This document shows positions 38,509 to 47,813 of a stretch of DNA of 64,000 bases, piece after piece. The DNA lies in assembly GCA_964514105.1 (NCBI GenBank), contig CAZEPJ010000003.1:41736-105735 (forward strand). Reading direction: 5' to 3'. The notes below the pieces were generated by a model. That model searched no databases. It saw only the letters and a list, made by a program, of their open reading frames with translations, and had not been told where the DNA came from. Made by a program: the position numbers and the translations under genes. Position 1 is the first letter of the stretch; each line of letters starts with the position of its first letter. This DNA comes from an uncultured Desulfarculaceae bacterium. GTDB taxonomy: Bacteria; Desulfobacterota; Desulfocorpusculales; Desulfocorpusculum.

Positions 38509-39516
38509 GTGTCGCATAGGCCGGGGCATGGCCCGGCGGGCCTCTCCAAGAGGCCTCGAAGGACGCATGGGGTGAAGACGGCCATCGCCCTGTTGGGTGT
38601 GCTCGTCGTGTGCGCCATCGTCCTGGCTTGGGGCCTGCTCCCGAGGCTCAGGCCCCGCTTCGACGGCCGCAACGCCTTTGCCCATCTGGCTGCCCAGTGC
38701 GCCTTCGGCCCCAGGGTCCCGGGCAGCGATGCCCACAGGCAGTGCCTGGAGTATTTGGAGGCGGAGCTCAGGCGCCACTGCCACAGGGTCTCCCGGCATA
38801 CCTTCTCGTACACGACCCGGAGGCAGCCGCCCCGGTCCGTTCAGGGAACCAACCTCGTGGCCTCGATCCTGCCGGTCACCGGCAGCCGCCCCCCCATCCT
38901 CCTGTGCGCCCACTGGGACAGCCGGCCCTGGGCGGACCGGGACCCCGACCCCGCCCGTCGCACCCAGCCGGTGCCGGGGGCCAACGACGGGGCCTCGGGG
39001 GTGGCCGTGCTCCTGGAGGCGGCCCGGGTCCTCAGGGCGAACCCTTCGGATGTGGGGGTGGACATCGTCCTGTTCGATCTGGAGGACATGGGGGACGAAG
39101 GCGCGGAGCGAGACCCCCACAACCGGGACCCCTTCTGCATCGGCTCCGAACGGTTCCTCGCCGACAATCCCTCGTACCGCCCCGCCTTCGGCATCCTCGT
39201 GGATATGGTGGGAGACCGGGCCCTTCGGATCCCCAAGGAGGGATTCTCCGTTCAGCACGCCCCCCACGTGGTGGAGATGGTCTGGCGGGCCGCCCGGCGG
39301 GTCGGGGCCTCGGCCTTCGTGGAGGAGCGGGGGGGGGCCATCCTGGACGACCACGTCCCCTTTCTCAAGCGGGGCATCCCGGTGGTGGATCTCATCGACT
39401 TCGACTACCCCCACTGGCACACCACGGGGGACACACCGGACAGGTGCGCCCCCGAGAGCCTCCAGCAGGTGGGAGACGTCCTGCTTCGGGTCATCCGCGA
39501 CCACGGGCAAAGGTGA
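38509..39516 (+). CDS. M28-family zinc peptidase / glutaminyl-cyclase-like, membrane-anchored or secreted
   Basis: N-terminal hydrophobic segment (AIALLGVLVVCAIVLAWGLL), then AHWDSRPWAD, GANDGASGVAVLLE, DIVLFDLEDMGD and a C-terminal HxD/HT block. An alternative GTG start lies at 38572. Confidence 0.75.
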   Translation: MSHRPGHGPAGLSKRPRRTHGVKTAIALLGVLVVCAIVLAWGLLPRLRPRFDGRNAFAHLAAQCAFGPRVPGSDAHRQCLEYLEAELRRHCHRVSRHTFSYTTRRQPPRSVQGTNLVASILPVTGSRPPILLCAHWDSRPWADRDPDPARRTQPVPGANDGASGVAVLLEAARVLRANPSDVGVDIVLFDLEDMGDEGAERDPHNRDPFCIGSERFLADNPSYRPAFGILVDMVGDRALRIPKEGFSVQHAPHVVEMVWRAARRVGASAFVEERGGAILDDHVPFLKRGIPVVDLIDFDYPHWHTTGDTPDRCAPESLQQVGDVLLRVIRDHGQR

Positions 39517-39525
39517 AGCCTCTGC

Positions 39526-40086
39526 CTACGACTTCTTCCCTGTCTTCTCCTCGTACACCGACATCAGGAAGATGGTGGCCAGGGGCTGGGTGAAGAGGGA
39601 CCCCAGCAGGACGGAGCTGCCCACGGCCGAGATGAAGGTGAAGATCACCGCCACCACGATATGCTCCGAGATGCTTCCCCGCGTGGCCATGGCGTAGCTC
39701 TCCTTGACGGCGTCCACCAGGCCCAGCCGCCGGTCCGTCATGAGCGGGAGCATGTACAGGCAGCAGAAGATCAGGGCCGCGACCATGGCGATGCCGGGGA
39801 CGATCAGGAGGGAGAACCCGATGAGCAGGGCCACGAACACGGCGATGCCGAACAGGAGCAGGGGGAAGAAAAGCCGCATCTCGGAGAAGAGGTCCCCGAT
39901 CCGGGGCTCCCGCTGCTCGCGAAGCATGAGCAGAATGGACTGGGTGTATCCCGCCGCCATGACCGGCACCAGGATGCCCAGGGTCACCACGCCCAGGACC
40001 AGCATCACCAAGGTGTTGATGACCAGCGGGACGATCTGTTTCAGGGTCATTTCCCACGCGGTGGAAAGGTGCTGCTTGAAGTCCAT
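39526..40086 (-). CDS. Hypothetical integral membrane protein (about 4 predicted TM helices)
   Basis: Begins MDFKQHLSTAWEMTLKQIVPLVINTLVMLVLGVVTLGILVPV... with alternating hydrophobic segments. Family not recognised. Confidence 0.55.
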   Translation of the reverse strand: MDFKQHLSTAWEMTLKQIVPLVINTLVMLVLGVVTLGILVPVMAAGYTQSILLMLREQREPRIGDLFSEMRLFFPLLLFGIAVFVALLIGFSLLIVPGIAMVAALIFCCLYMLPLMTDRRLGLVDAVKESYAMATRGSISEHIVVAVIFTFISAVGSSVLLGSLFTQPLATIFLMSVYEEKTGKKS

Positions 40087-40316
40087 GGCGATCACCTCCC
40101 GGAGGTAGGGTTGGATCTGTGGGGAAGGTAGGGGAACGCCCCGCACCTGTCAAGCGATTTCTGCGCCACCCCGCCCCCGCGAAACGACCTTTGGCCGGCG
40201 CCGCCGCAGGGGGGCTCGTGGCGACCCCTTATGGCGCGTTCGCGACTGCGGTATACTCGGTCCGTCCCGGGGCATCTCGCATCGGGTTCGGACTTCATCC
40301 GCGGAGCGGCCAGGCC

Positions 40317-41450
40317 ATGCCCAGAGCCAACATCCATACCCTGGACATCTCCGGAGACACCGGAGGGGATGTCGCCGTTGCCGTCTCGGGCCGGATGGCA
40401 TTGGGCAACCTCCAGCCCCTCCTGACCGACCTGTTGGGCATCCTGGAGGAGAGACGCCCGGCTCGGCTCCGGGTGGACCTGGCGGGAGTCACGTTTCTGG
40501 ACAGCTCCGGGGCCATGGTCCTCAAGCTCCTGGAGCAGCGGGCCCGGGAGCGGGCCGCGCAGGTGGCGTTCGTCAACTTGTCCGGGGCGGCCAGGGCGCT
40601 CCTGGGGCTGATGGACGAAGAGGCCCTGCGCGCCGCGCCCCTCATCCCCCCCAAGGCCCCCGAGGGCTTCATCGAGAAAGTGGGAGGAGAGAGCCTCAAG
40701 CTCCTGGAAGACGCAGTGCATGTCCTGACCTTTGTGGGAGAACTGCTGCGGGCCCTGTGCCACGCATTGCGCCACCCCCGCTCGGTCCGATGGCGCGACG
40801 TGCTTCTCTACATGGAGCGAACGGGGGTGGACGGGTTGCCCATCGTGGGGCTCATCAGCTTTCTCATGGGCCTCATCATGGCGTTCATGTCCTCCCTGCA
40901 GCTCAAGCAGTTCGGGGCCAACATCTACGTGGCCTCTCTGGTGGCCCTGGCCATGATCCGGGAGCTGGGGCCCATTATCACGGCCATCCTGGTGGCCGGC
41001 CGATCCGGGTCGGCCTTCGCGGCCGAGATCGGGACCATGAAGGTCAACGAGGAGGTGGACGCCCTGGTGGCCATGGGCTTTGATCCCACGCGATTCCTGG
41101 CCGTCCCCAAGGTCCTGGCAGCCATGGCCACGGTGCCCCTGCTCACCGTGTTCGCGGACGTCTTCGCCATCCTGGGGGGATTGGTGGTGGGCGTGGCGGG
41201 TCTGGACCTGACTCTGTACACGTACATTCAGCAGACCCTGGACGCCCTGAGGCTCTTCGACATCGTCTCGAGCCTCATCAAGTCCGTGGTCTTCGCCATG
41301 CTCATTTCGGGCATCGGGTGCCAGCGCGGTTTTCAGGTGCGGGGGGGAGCCCAGGCCGTGGGCATGGCCACCACCTCGGCCGTGGTCGCCGCCATGTTCC
41401 TCATCATCGTGGCGGACTCGGCCTTCGCGGTCTTGCTGTATTATATCTGA
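40317..41450 (+). CDS. MlaE-family lipid ABC transporter permease fused to an N-terminal STAS (MlaB/anti-sigma-antagonist-like) domain
   Basis: The N-terminal 120 aa have a STAS pattern (LRVDLAGVTFLDSSGAMVLKLLEQRARERAAQVAFVNLS). The rest is an MlaE permease (GLPIVGLISFLMGLIMAF, ELGPIITAILVAGRSGSAFAAEIGTMKVNEEVDAL). Confidence 0.85.
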   Translation: MPRANIHTLDISGDTGGDVAVAVSGRMALGNLQPLLTDLLGILEERRPARLRVDLAGVTFLDSSGAMVLKLLEQRARERAAQVAFVNLSGAARALLGLMDEEALRAAPLIPPKAPEGFIEKVGGESLKLLEDAVHVLTFVGELLRALCHALRHPRSVRWRDVLLYMERTGVDGLPIVGLISFLMGLIMAFMSSLQLKQFGANIYVASLVALAMIRELGPIITAILVAGRSGSAFAAEIGTMKVNEEVDALVAMGFDPTRFLAVPKVLAAMATVPLLTVFADVFAILGGLVVGVAGLDLTLYTYIQQTLDALRLFDIVSSLIKSVVFAMLISGIGCQRGFQVRGGAQAVGMATTSAVVAAMFLIIVADSAFAVLLYYI

Positions 41451-41482
41451 AGGGGTATCGCGGAGCCGAGAGGACGTGGGGC

Positions 41483-42247
41483 GTGCACGCCGAACATGGA
41501 CAACCCGTCATAGTGGTGGAGGGGCTCACGGCCCGGTACGGGGAGGAGACCATCCTGGAGGGGGTGAGCCTCCAGGTGTCTCGGGGAGAGATCCTGGTGA
41601 TCCTCGGGGGAAGCGGCTGCGGTAAGTCCACCCTGCTCAAGCACATGATCGGCCTTCACAAGCCGCATGCAGGCAGGGTACTGATCTGCGGCCGGGACAT
41701 TGCTGGCGACGACGAGGCCGTGCTCGCCGAGGTGCGAAGGGGGTTGGGTGTGCTCTTCCAGTCCGGGGCCCTGTTCGGCTCCATGACCCTGGCAGAAAAC
41801 GTGGCCTTGCCTCTCCAGGAATACACCGATTTGCCCCAGCCCACCATCGACCTGGTGGTGCGCATGAAACTGGGGCTGGTGGATCTGGCGGGCTACGAGA
41901 ACCACTTCCCATCGGAGCTCTCGGGGGGGATGAGGAAGCGGGCCGCCCTGGCCCGGGCCATGGCCCTGGACCCCGCCATCCTCTTCTTCGACGAGCCTTC
42001 GGCGGGGCTGGATCCCGTGACGGCGGCGGAGTTGGATCGGCTCATCAACCGCATCAACCAAGGGCTCGGCACCACCATGGTGGTCGTCACCCACGAGCTG
42101 GCGTCCATCTTCAACATCGCCCATCGGGTGATCATGCTGGACAAGCGCGCCAGGGGGATCATCGCCGAGGGGGACCCCCGAGAACTTCGGGAGCACGCCA
42201 CGGACCCGCGGGTCACCAACTTCTTCCAGCGAAAGCCTGAGGAGTGA
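41483..42247 (+). CDS. MlaF-like ABC transporter ATP-binding protein
   Basis: Walker A (GGSGCGKSTLL), LSGGMRKRAALAR and FFDEPSAGLD. GTG start with a GAGAGGA RBS. Confidence 0.85.
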   Translation: MHAEHGQPVIVVEGLTARYGEETILEGVSLQVSRGEILVILGGSGCGKSTLLKHMIGLHKPHAGRVLICGRDIAGDDEAVLAEVRRGLGVLFQSGALFGSMTLAENVALPLQEYTDLPQPTIDLVVRMKLGLVDLAGYENHFPSELSGGMRKRAALARAMALDPAILFFDEPSAGLDPVTAAELDRLINRINQGLGTTMVVVTHELASIFNIAHRVIMLDKRARGIIAEGDPRELREHATDPRVTNFFQRKPEE

Positions 42248-42264
42248 GGCACGGGGGAGCGCCC

Positions 42265-43287
42265 ATGGCCAGCAAGGCGTCCAACTTCAAGGTCGGGCTC
42301 TTCGTCACTGCGGGGTCTGTGGTGGCCGTGGCAGCCATCGTGTGGCTGGGGGCGTCCAAGTACTTCGAGAAGGCCTCCACGTTCGTCACGTACTTCAACG
42401 AGTCCGTCCAAGGCCTGCAGGTGGACTCCAATGTCAAGTATCTGGGCGTGGAGGTGGGCCGCGTGGCCAAGATCCGGGTGGCCCCGGACTACCGGCTCAT
42501 CGAGGTCGTCATGAAGATCGATTTCCCAGGGGCCGTGGACGAGAACATCGTGGCCCAGCTGAAGACGGCGGGCATCACGGGGATCGTCTTCGTGGAGCTC
42601 GATCGCAGGTCCCCGGATGAGCCTGACCTCTCCCCGCCCCTGGACTTCACCTCCGACTACCCTGTGATACCGTCCCGCCCCTCGGAGCTCAGCCAGCTGC
42701 TCACCTCCCTCGGCGACGTGGTGGCGGGCATCAAGCAGGTGGACTTCAAGGGGATCTCCCAGCAGCTGCAGGCCTCCATCCAGGTGACCGAGAGCTTGAT
42801 CCGGCACGTGGACGAACTGGTGGGTCAGATGGACCCCAAGGGGATCTCCGATCAGGTGAAATCCACCCTCCTGGCGGCGGAGACCCTCCTGGGGGGCAAG
42901 CAGACCGGCGCCATCTTGGGTCGGTTGGAGGCGGCCGCGGTCCATCTGGAGAGCGCCACAAGCCGGGTGGACAGGGCCGTGGGCGACCGTCGGATCGAGG
43001 GGGTCCTGGCTGAGACCCAGGGGGTCCTCAAGGAAGTCAGGGACTTCGTATCGGACCTCCATGCCCAGGTCAGGCAGATTGACCTGGCCCAGACCACCAA
43101 CCGGGCCACCCGGCTCATCGAGGACGTGGAGCGGCGCACCCAGGCCACGGTATCCGAGATCCAGGCCACCAGCGAGAGCCTTCGAAGGGCCTCCGAGAGC
43201 CTCGAGCAGCTCCTGGATCGCCTGAGCGCCAGCCCATCGGACCTCATCTTCAGCAGGCCGCCCACCCCCGGCGGAAGGCGGCCGTAG
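42265..43287 (+). CDS. MlaD/MCE-domain substrate-binding protein with an extended helical C-terminus
   Basis: N-terminal TM segment (FKVGLFVTAGSVVAVAAIVWL), then an MCE domain (VDSNVKYLGVEVGRVAKIRV...), then a long coiled-coil tail. Confidence 0.8.
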   Translation: MASKASNFKVGLFVTAGSVVAVAAIVWLGASKYFEKASTFVTYFNESVQGLQVDSNVKYLGVEVGRVAKIRVAPDYRLIEVVMKIDFPGAVDENIVAQLKTAGITGIVFVELDRRSPDEPDLSPPLDFTSDYPVIPSRPSELSQLLTSLGDVVAGIKQVDFKGISQQLQASIQVTESLIRHVDELVGQMDPKGISDQVKSTLLAAETLLGGKQTGAILGRLEAAAVHLESATSRVDRAVGDRRIEGVLAETQGVLKEVRDFVSDLHAQVRQIDLAQTTNRATRLIEDVERRTQATVSEIQATSESLRRASESLEQLLDRLSASPSDLIFSRPPTPGGRRP

Positions 43288-43296
43288 GGGAAGAGA

Positions 43297-43983
43297 ATGA
43301 GAGGCAGATCGCCAAGACCCCCAAAGCGGCCAGCAGTAGTGCGGGGGGCATCCCGTTCCAGGGGCCGCGCTGCGGCCGCCTGCCTGGCCCTTCTGCTCGG
43401 CCTGGGGGGCTGCCTCGGAGGGGGGCGGCCCGCCCCCCTGATCAGGCAGTTGACCCTCGATTACCCACCCCCGGCCATGACAGACCTTCCATCCCTGGGC
43501 CAGACCGTCCGGGTGGGGCGCCTTGCCGTGACCCAGGCCTACAACGCCCCCAACATGTTTTACCGCGCCGAGCCGTTTCGGCTGGAGTCGTACGACCAGC
43601 ACCGGTGGCGGGTGACCCCCGGAGATCTGGTTACGGACTTCCTGCTCCGCGACCTGAGAAGCGCAGGTCTCTTTCGGGCCGTCTTCTCGTACCGAGACGC
43701 CGAGGGCGCCCGGTTCGTCGTGGAGGGGGGCGTCGAGGAGTTCCTGGAAGTGGACGGGAGCGACGGCCCCCGAGCGGTCCTGGGCCTCCACGTGACCCTC
43801 TTGGACACAAGCCAGCAGGAGGTGACCCGCCGCGTGGTGTTCCAGCGGGGCTACCGGGCGGAGGAGCCCCTGTCCGACAGGACGGCCCCTGCCCTGGCCC
43901 AGGGCATGAGCCGGGCCATGGAGGGCCTCTCCCGCCGAATCCTGCGGGATTTGCACGAGGCCGCGGCGCCCCTGGCCAGGTGA
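43297..43983 (+). CDS. ABC-transport auxiliary lipoprotein (COG3218/ABC_trans_aux-like) completing the Mla-like operon
   Basis: Signal peptide with a lipobox (LALLLGLGGC); 228 aa. It is the last gene after the MCE protein. Confidence 0.7.
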   Translation: MRGRSPRPPKRPAVVRGASRSRGRAAAACLALLLGLGGCLGGGRPAPLIRQLTLDYPPPAMTDLPSLGQTVRVGRLAVTQAYNAPNMFYRAEPFRLESYDQHRWRVTPGDLVTDFLLRDLRSAGLFRAVFSYRDAEGARFVVEGGVEEFLEVDGSDGPRAVLGLHVTLLDTSQQEVTRRVVFQRGYRAEEPLSDRTAPALAQGMSRAMEGLSRRILRDLHEAAAPLAR

Positions 43984-44281
43984 GGGCCGCCCGCGATGGG
44001 ACAACCGTCCATACCCTGGTGGAACAGGGCCTTCGTCAGGTTCTGGGCCTTCGGAAAGCAACCTTCAAGGGCGAGGGTCTCCAACCCGGGGTGTCCGGTG
44101 CCTCCTGGGAGGGAATCCGGCAGATGGCGCACGATGACGTCCACCCATCCAAGTGTGGAAAGCGGGTACAGGGCCCCCCGCGGCGCCGCTGGATGAAGCC
44201 TGGGCCCACAGTTGCCCCCTTTGACCTTTGGCCGCCCTCCTTCCCGGTGGGCAAAGAACACCCATGCCCACTTTCGGGCCA

Positions 44282-45316
44282 TCAAGCGTGAGCGTCCGCA
44301 CGCAGGAGGACCTTTCCCTCCTCGTTGGGCCCCTCCAGGAGCTCGAAGGCCGCCTGGGCCTGGTCCAGGGGGAACTCCCGGGTGAGGAGGGTCTCGGCGG
44401 GGACCATCCCCCTGGCCATCCAGTCCAGGGCCGTGTCGTACTCGGCCGCGCAGCCGTACGATCCCCGGATCTCCACCTCCTTAACGTTCCAGATCACGGG
44501 CAGGAAGGCGGCCGGCTCCATGCAGACCCCCAGGACCAGGATCTGGCCCGCCTTCTTCACGTAGTTGACGGCCGCGGTGAGGGTCGCAGGGATGCCCACG
44601 CACTCGAAGACCACCTCGGGCCCGACGCCGTCCATAAGGTCGTGGAAGACAAAGGGGGAGAGCCCGTTGGGATCATGGGCCGAGACCGCACCCAGGGCCA
44701 ACGCCCGTTGGCGCTTGGCGGCCACAGGGTCCGTGGCGTGGACGGCCCCGGCCCCGCAGAGGAACAGGACCAGCACGGTGAGGAGCCCGATGGTCCCGCA
44801 CCCCAGGACCACGGCCCGGTCCCCCGGCCGCATGCGGCTCAGCCGCACCCCATGGATGGCCACCCCCAGCGGTTCGATGAGAGGGGCGTCCCGCAGGCTC
44901 ACCCCGGGAGGGAGGCGCCTGAGGGATGAGGCGTCCACCAGCACGTATTCCGCCATGGCCCCGGGCCGGAGGCCCAGTCCGTAGCCCCGAGCGATGATCT
45001 GGTCGCAGAGCTGGAAGTCTCCCCTGAGGCACCAGCGGCATCGGCCGCACGGGGTCCCGGGATACGCGGTCACTGGGTCTTCCTCCCGCCATCCCTCCAC
45101 CCCGGGCCCCACCTCGGCAACGACGCCCGAGAACTCGTGTCCCAGGGTATTGGGGTTGGGCAGCCCCTGCTGGAAGTAGTGGATGTCCGAGCCGCAGATC
45201 CCGCAATAGTGGACCCGGACGAGCAGCTCGCCGGCCGTGGGCCTTGGGCGGGGCAGTTCTCGGATCTCCATGACCCGCCTCGCCGTGAGCATCGTTGCCT
45301 TCATGGTCTCGGCCAT
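44282..45316 (-). CDS. Zinc-dependent alcohol dehydrogenase (MDR family, threonine/sorbitol-DH-like)
   Basis: Catalytic Zn motif GHEFSGVVAEVG, structural Zn cysteines (C..C..C...C: CGRCRWCLRGDFQLC) and an NAD-binding GCGTIG. Confidence 0.9.
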   Translation of the reverse strand: MAETMKATMLTARRVMEIRELPRPRPTAGELLVRVHYCGICGSDIHYFQQGLPNPNTLGHEFSGVVAEVGPGVEGWREEDPVTAYPGTPCGRCRWCLRGDFQLCDQIIARGYGLGLRPGAMAEYVLVDASSLRRLPPGVSLRDAPLIEPLGVAIHGVRLSRMRPGDRAVVLGCGTIGLLTVLVLFLCGAGAVHATDPVAAKRQRALALGAVSAHDPNGLSPFVFHDLMDGVGPEVVFECVGIPATLTAAVNYVKKAGQILVLGVCMEPAAFLPVIWNVKEVEIRGSYGCAAEYDTALDWMARGMVPAETLLTREFPLDQAQAAFELLEGPNEEGKVLLRADAHA

Positions 45317-45418
45317 GGTCCCTCACCCCCTCCGCCGCCTCCCCAGCGCCTCGCCTCCTCCTGGCCGCTGCGCTCTGTGCTGCCCCTCCGCGCGTCTCCC
45401 GATCCCCCGGTCATCCCC

Positions 45419-47137
45419 TCATCTCTCGCATCCCTCGAGCCAGACCCCATTGAGCAGGTCCAGGAGGGGCGGGGTGAGGTTGGCCGTGGCGTCCAGGTAC
45501 ACGTCCAGGACCGCCGGCTTGCCCGACGCCGCGGCCCGTTCCAGGGCCGGACGAATCTCCTGGGGCTCCGTGACCCGCTCCCCGTGGCAGCCCATGGCCC
45601 GGGCCATGAGGTCGTATCTGGCGTCCGTGAAGTCCACAGCGCAGAAGCGCTCCGCGAAGGCCTTGGCCTGGCCCGCCTTGATCATGCCCCAGGCCCGGTC
45701 GTTCCCGATGACGTCGATGACGGGAAGTCCCAGGCGGGCGGCGGTCTCCAGTTCGTGGCAGGAGAACATGAAGGACCCGTCTCCGTGGAGCACCACCACG
45801 GGCCGATCCGGGAAGGCCATCTTGGCCCCCAGGGCAAAGGGCAGCCCCACGCCCAGGTGTCCGGTATGGTGGGCCGCCAGAAGCTGCCTGGGCCCACCCA
45901 CCCGCGTGCCCATGGCCGACCAGACGGCCATGTTTCCCCCGTCCACGGCCAGGATGGTCTCCGGCCCGAAGAAGCGGCGCACCTCGCCCACGAGGCGCAG
46001 GGGGTGAATGGGCGTGGCCTCGGATGCCAGGGCGGGCTCCAGGGCCTTGACGGCGTCCCGCTCCTGGGCCTTGCAGCGTTTGGCCCAATCCGAGGAGGCT
46101 CTGGCGGGGGTCAGGGCCCTCACTGCCTCCAGGAGCTGACCCAGGACCTCCCGGGCGTCCCCCACCAGGGCCAGGTCCACGGGGCGGTTGAGGCCGATGC
46201 TCGCGGGGTCCACATCGATCTGGATGACCTTCTGGACCTCGGGCGAACCCCACAAGGGCGGTCGACCCCAGAAGTCCAGCTCCCAGAACGTGGTCCCCAC
46301 GGCCATCACCAGGTCTCCGCCCATGTTGGCGAACAGCCCCCCGCCCCCCACGGCGATGAGACCCAGTTCATGCTCCTCGGACAGAACCCCGCGGGCCGAG
46401 ATGGTCGGGCTCACGGGGATCTGGAGGTGCTCGGCCAGGGCCCGCAGGGGCTCCCACGCCCCCCCTCGGAGGACACCCAGGCCGGGGTGAAGCACGGGCC
46501 GCTCGGCCTTGACGAGCGCTTTGGCTGCCTGCTCCACCAGGGCCGGAGGCGCCGCAGGCCCCTGCACGGGGCGGTACCGGGCCGGAGGGAGAATCCCGAG
46601 ATCGCCCTCCTCCCGCGTCTCGAACAGGACGTCCACCGGGATGTCCAGGTGGACGGGGCCCGGCCGGCCCGAGGTGGCCGTGCGGAAGGCCCGCTGGACC
46701 AGCTCGGGGATGCGCTCCCAGCCATGGATCACGGCGTTCCACTTGGTGATGGGGGCCAGGAGGTGGAGCTGATCCAGTTGCTGCTGAGACCCCCTGAAGG
46801 GGTAGGATCGCAGGGTGTGGATCTGAGGCGTGATGACCACCATGGGGACACTGTCCGCCTGGGCCACCCAGACGCCCGGCACCAGGTTCACGGCCCCCGG
46901 CCCCACGGTGCCCGCGCAGACCGCGGGCTCCCCGGTCACCCGTGCCCAGGCATCCGCCATGTGCGCCGCCGCGGACTCGTGGCGGGTCATGACGTATTCC
47001 ATCCCCCCGGGCTTGCCCAGCCGGGCGATGGCGTCTATCATGGGGAGCAGTTGCCCCCCCGGGATGCCGAAGACCCGCCGCACCCCCTCGTTGAGCAGGC
47101 ACCGCACCAAGGCCTCCCCCCCCGTGATCCGACCCAT
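45419..47137 (-). CDS. Thiamine-diphosphate enzyme of the acetolactate-synthase large-subunit family
   Basis: 572 aa, begins MGRITGGEALVRCLLNEGVRRVFGIPGG. It has the TPP-binding motif GDGSFMFS...N and a central FAD/DHS-like domain. Confidence 0.85.
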   Translation of the reverse strand: MGRITGGEALVRCLLNEGVRRVFGIPGGQLLPMIDAIARLGKPGGMEYVMTRHESAAAHMADAWARVTGEPAVCAGTVGPGAVNLVPGVWVAQADSVPMVVITPQIHTLRSYPFRGSQQQLDQLHLLAPITKWNAVIHGWERIPELVQRAFRTATSGRPGPVHLDIPVDVLFETREEGDLGILPPARYRPVQGPAAPPALVEQAAKALVKAERPVLHPGLGVLRGGAWEPLRALAEHLQIPVSPTISARGVLSEEHELGLIAVGGGGLFANMGGDLVMAVGTTFWELDFWGRPPLWGSPEVQKVIQIDVDPASIGLNRPVDLALVGDAREVLGQLLEAVRALTPARASSDWAKRCKAQERDAVKALEPALASEATPIHPLRLVGEVRRFFGPETILAVDGGNMAVWSAMGTRVGGPRQLLAAHHTGHLGVGLPFALGAKMAFPDRPVVVLHGDGSFMFSCHELETAARLGLPVIDVIGNDRAWGMIKAGQAKAFAERFCAVDFTDARYDLMARAMGCHGERVTEPQEIRPALERAAASGKPAVLDVYLDATANLTPPLLDLLNGVWLEGCER

Positions 47138-47148
47138 GCGCACCCCCC

Positions 47149-47658
47149 CTATCGCGCCGCGTCCATGGCCTCCTGGATTCGGGCCGCCCACTGGTCGGCC
47201 ACGGCCCGGACCGTCTGCTCCTCCACCTGGGGGGTGGATCGCAGCAGGGCCAGGGCCTCCTCCTCCTTCATCCCGAGTTCCTGGGCCACGAGGAAGGGGT
47301 CCAGTTCCTCGCCCACCAGGGCGCGGGAGCACACGGCGGTCGCGCCGATGAACTCGTCTCCGTCGAACAGGGGGATCACCATCTTGCACAGCCCGATCTG
47401 ACAGAGGTCCACCTGGGGCCGCCGACTGCGCTCGGCCTGCTTCATCATCACCTGGCTGGTCTGACCGCAGACGAAGGAGAGGCTCGTCTCCCTGGCGCGC
47501 ACGCGCCGGCAGATCTCGGGGTAGTCCCCTGCGTGCAGGAGGATCTTCCCGTCCCGGTCCACCAGAGTGGCCGCCATCCCAAGCTCCGATGAAAGACGGA
47601 TCAGGATCTCTCGCCACGTTCTCTCGTCCGCCAGATCCAAAGGCGTTCGCGCCGCCAC
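47149..47658 (-). CDS. Standalone PocR-type ligand-sensing domain protein
   Basis: 169 aa. The conserved Cys/His pattern (ICRRVRARETS...CGQ...DLCQIGLCKMVIPLFDGDEFIGATAVC) is shared with the PocR N-terminal sensor. GTG start preceded by a GAGGAGG RBS. It lies 12 nt upstream of the TPP enzyme gene. Confidence 0.6.
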   Translation of the reverse strand: MAARTPLDLADERTWREILIRLSSELGMAATLVDRDGKILLHAGDYPEICRRVRARETSLSFVCGQTSQVMMKQAERSRRPQVDLCQIGLCKMVIPLFDGDEFIGATAVCSRALVGEELDPFLVAQELGMKEEEALALLRSTPQVEEQTVRAVADQWAARIQEAMDAAR

Positions 47659-47813
47659 CGAAACCTCCTCATGGTTTGGAAGGGTCCCAACGGGTCATGG
47701 GTGGCGCCTCATGGGGAAGCCATGAGGCGTACCCGCTCTGGGCGGTCCAAGCATACGAGGGTTCACCGGGGGTAGTCAAGCAACAGGGCGGCGGGTCATC
47801 CCACCCGAGACCC

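Noticed and set aside
41893-44061. 722-aa minus-strand ORF antisense to the MlaF/MlaD/lipoprotein genes; similarly 45137..47401 (+, 754 aa) antisense to the TPP enzyme, 48384..49607 (+, 407 aa) antisense to nitrilase/nitroreductase, and 13080..14219 (-, 379 aa) antisense to nadE
   Set aside because: Same reasoning: long stop-free antisense frames in about 68% GC DNA with low-complexity translations, each overlapping a gene with clear family signatures.
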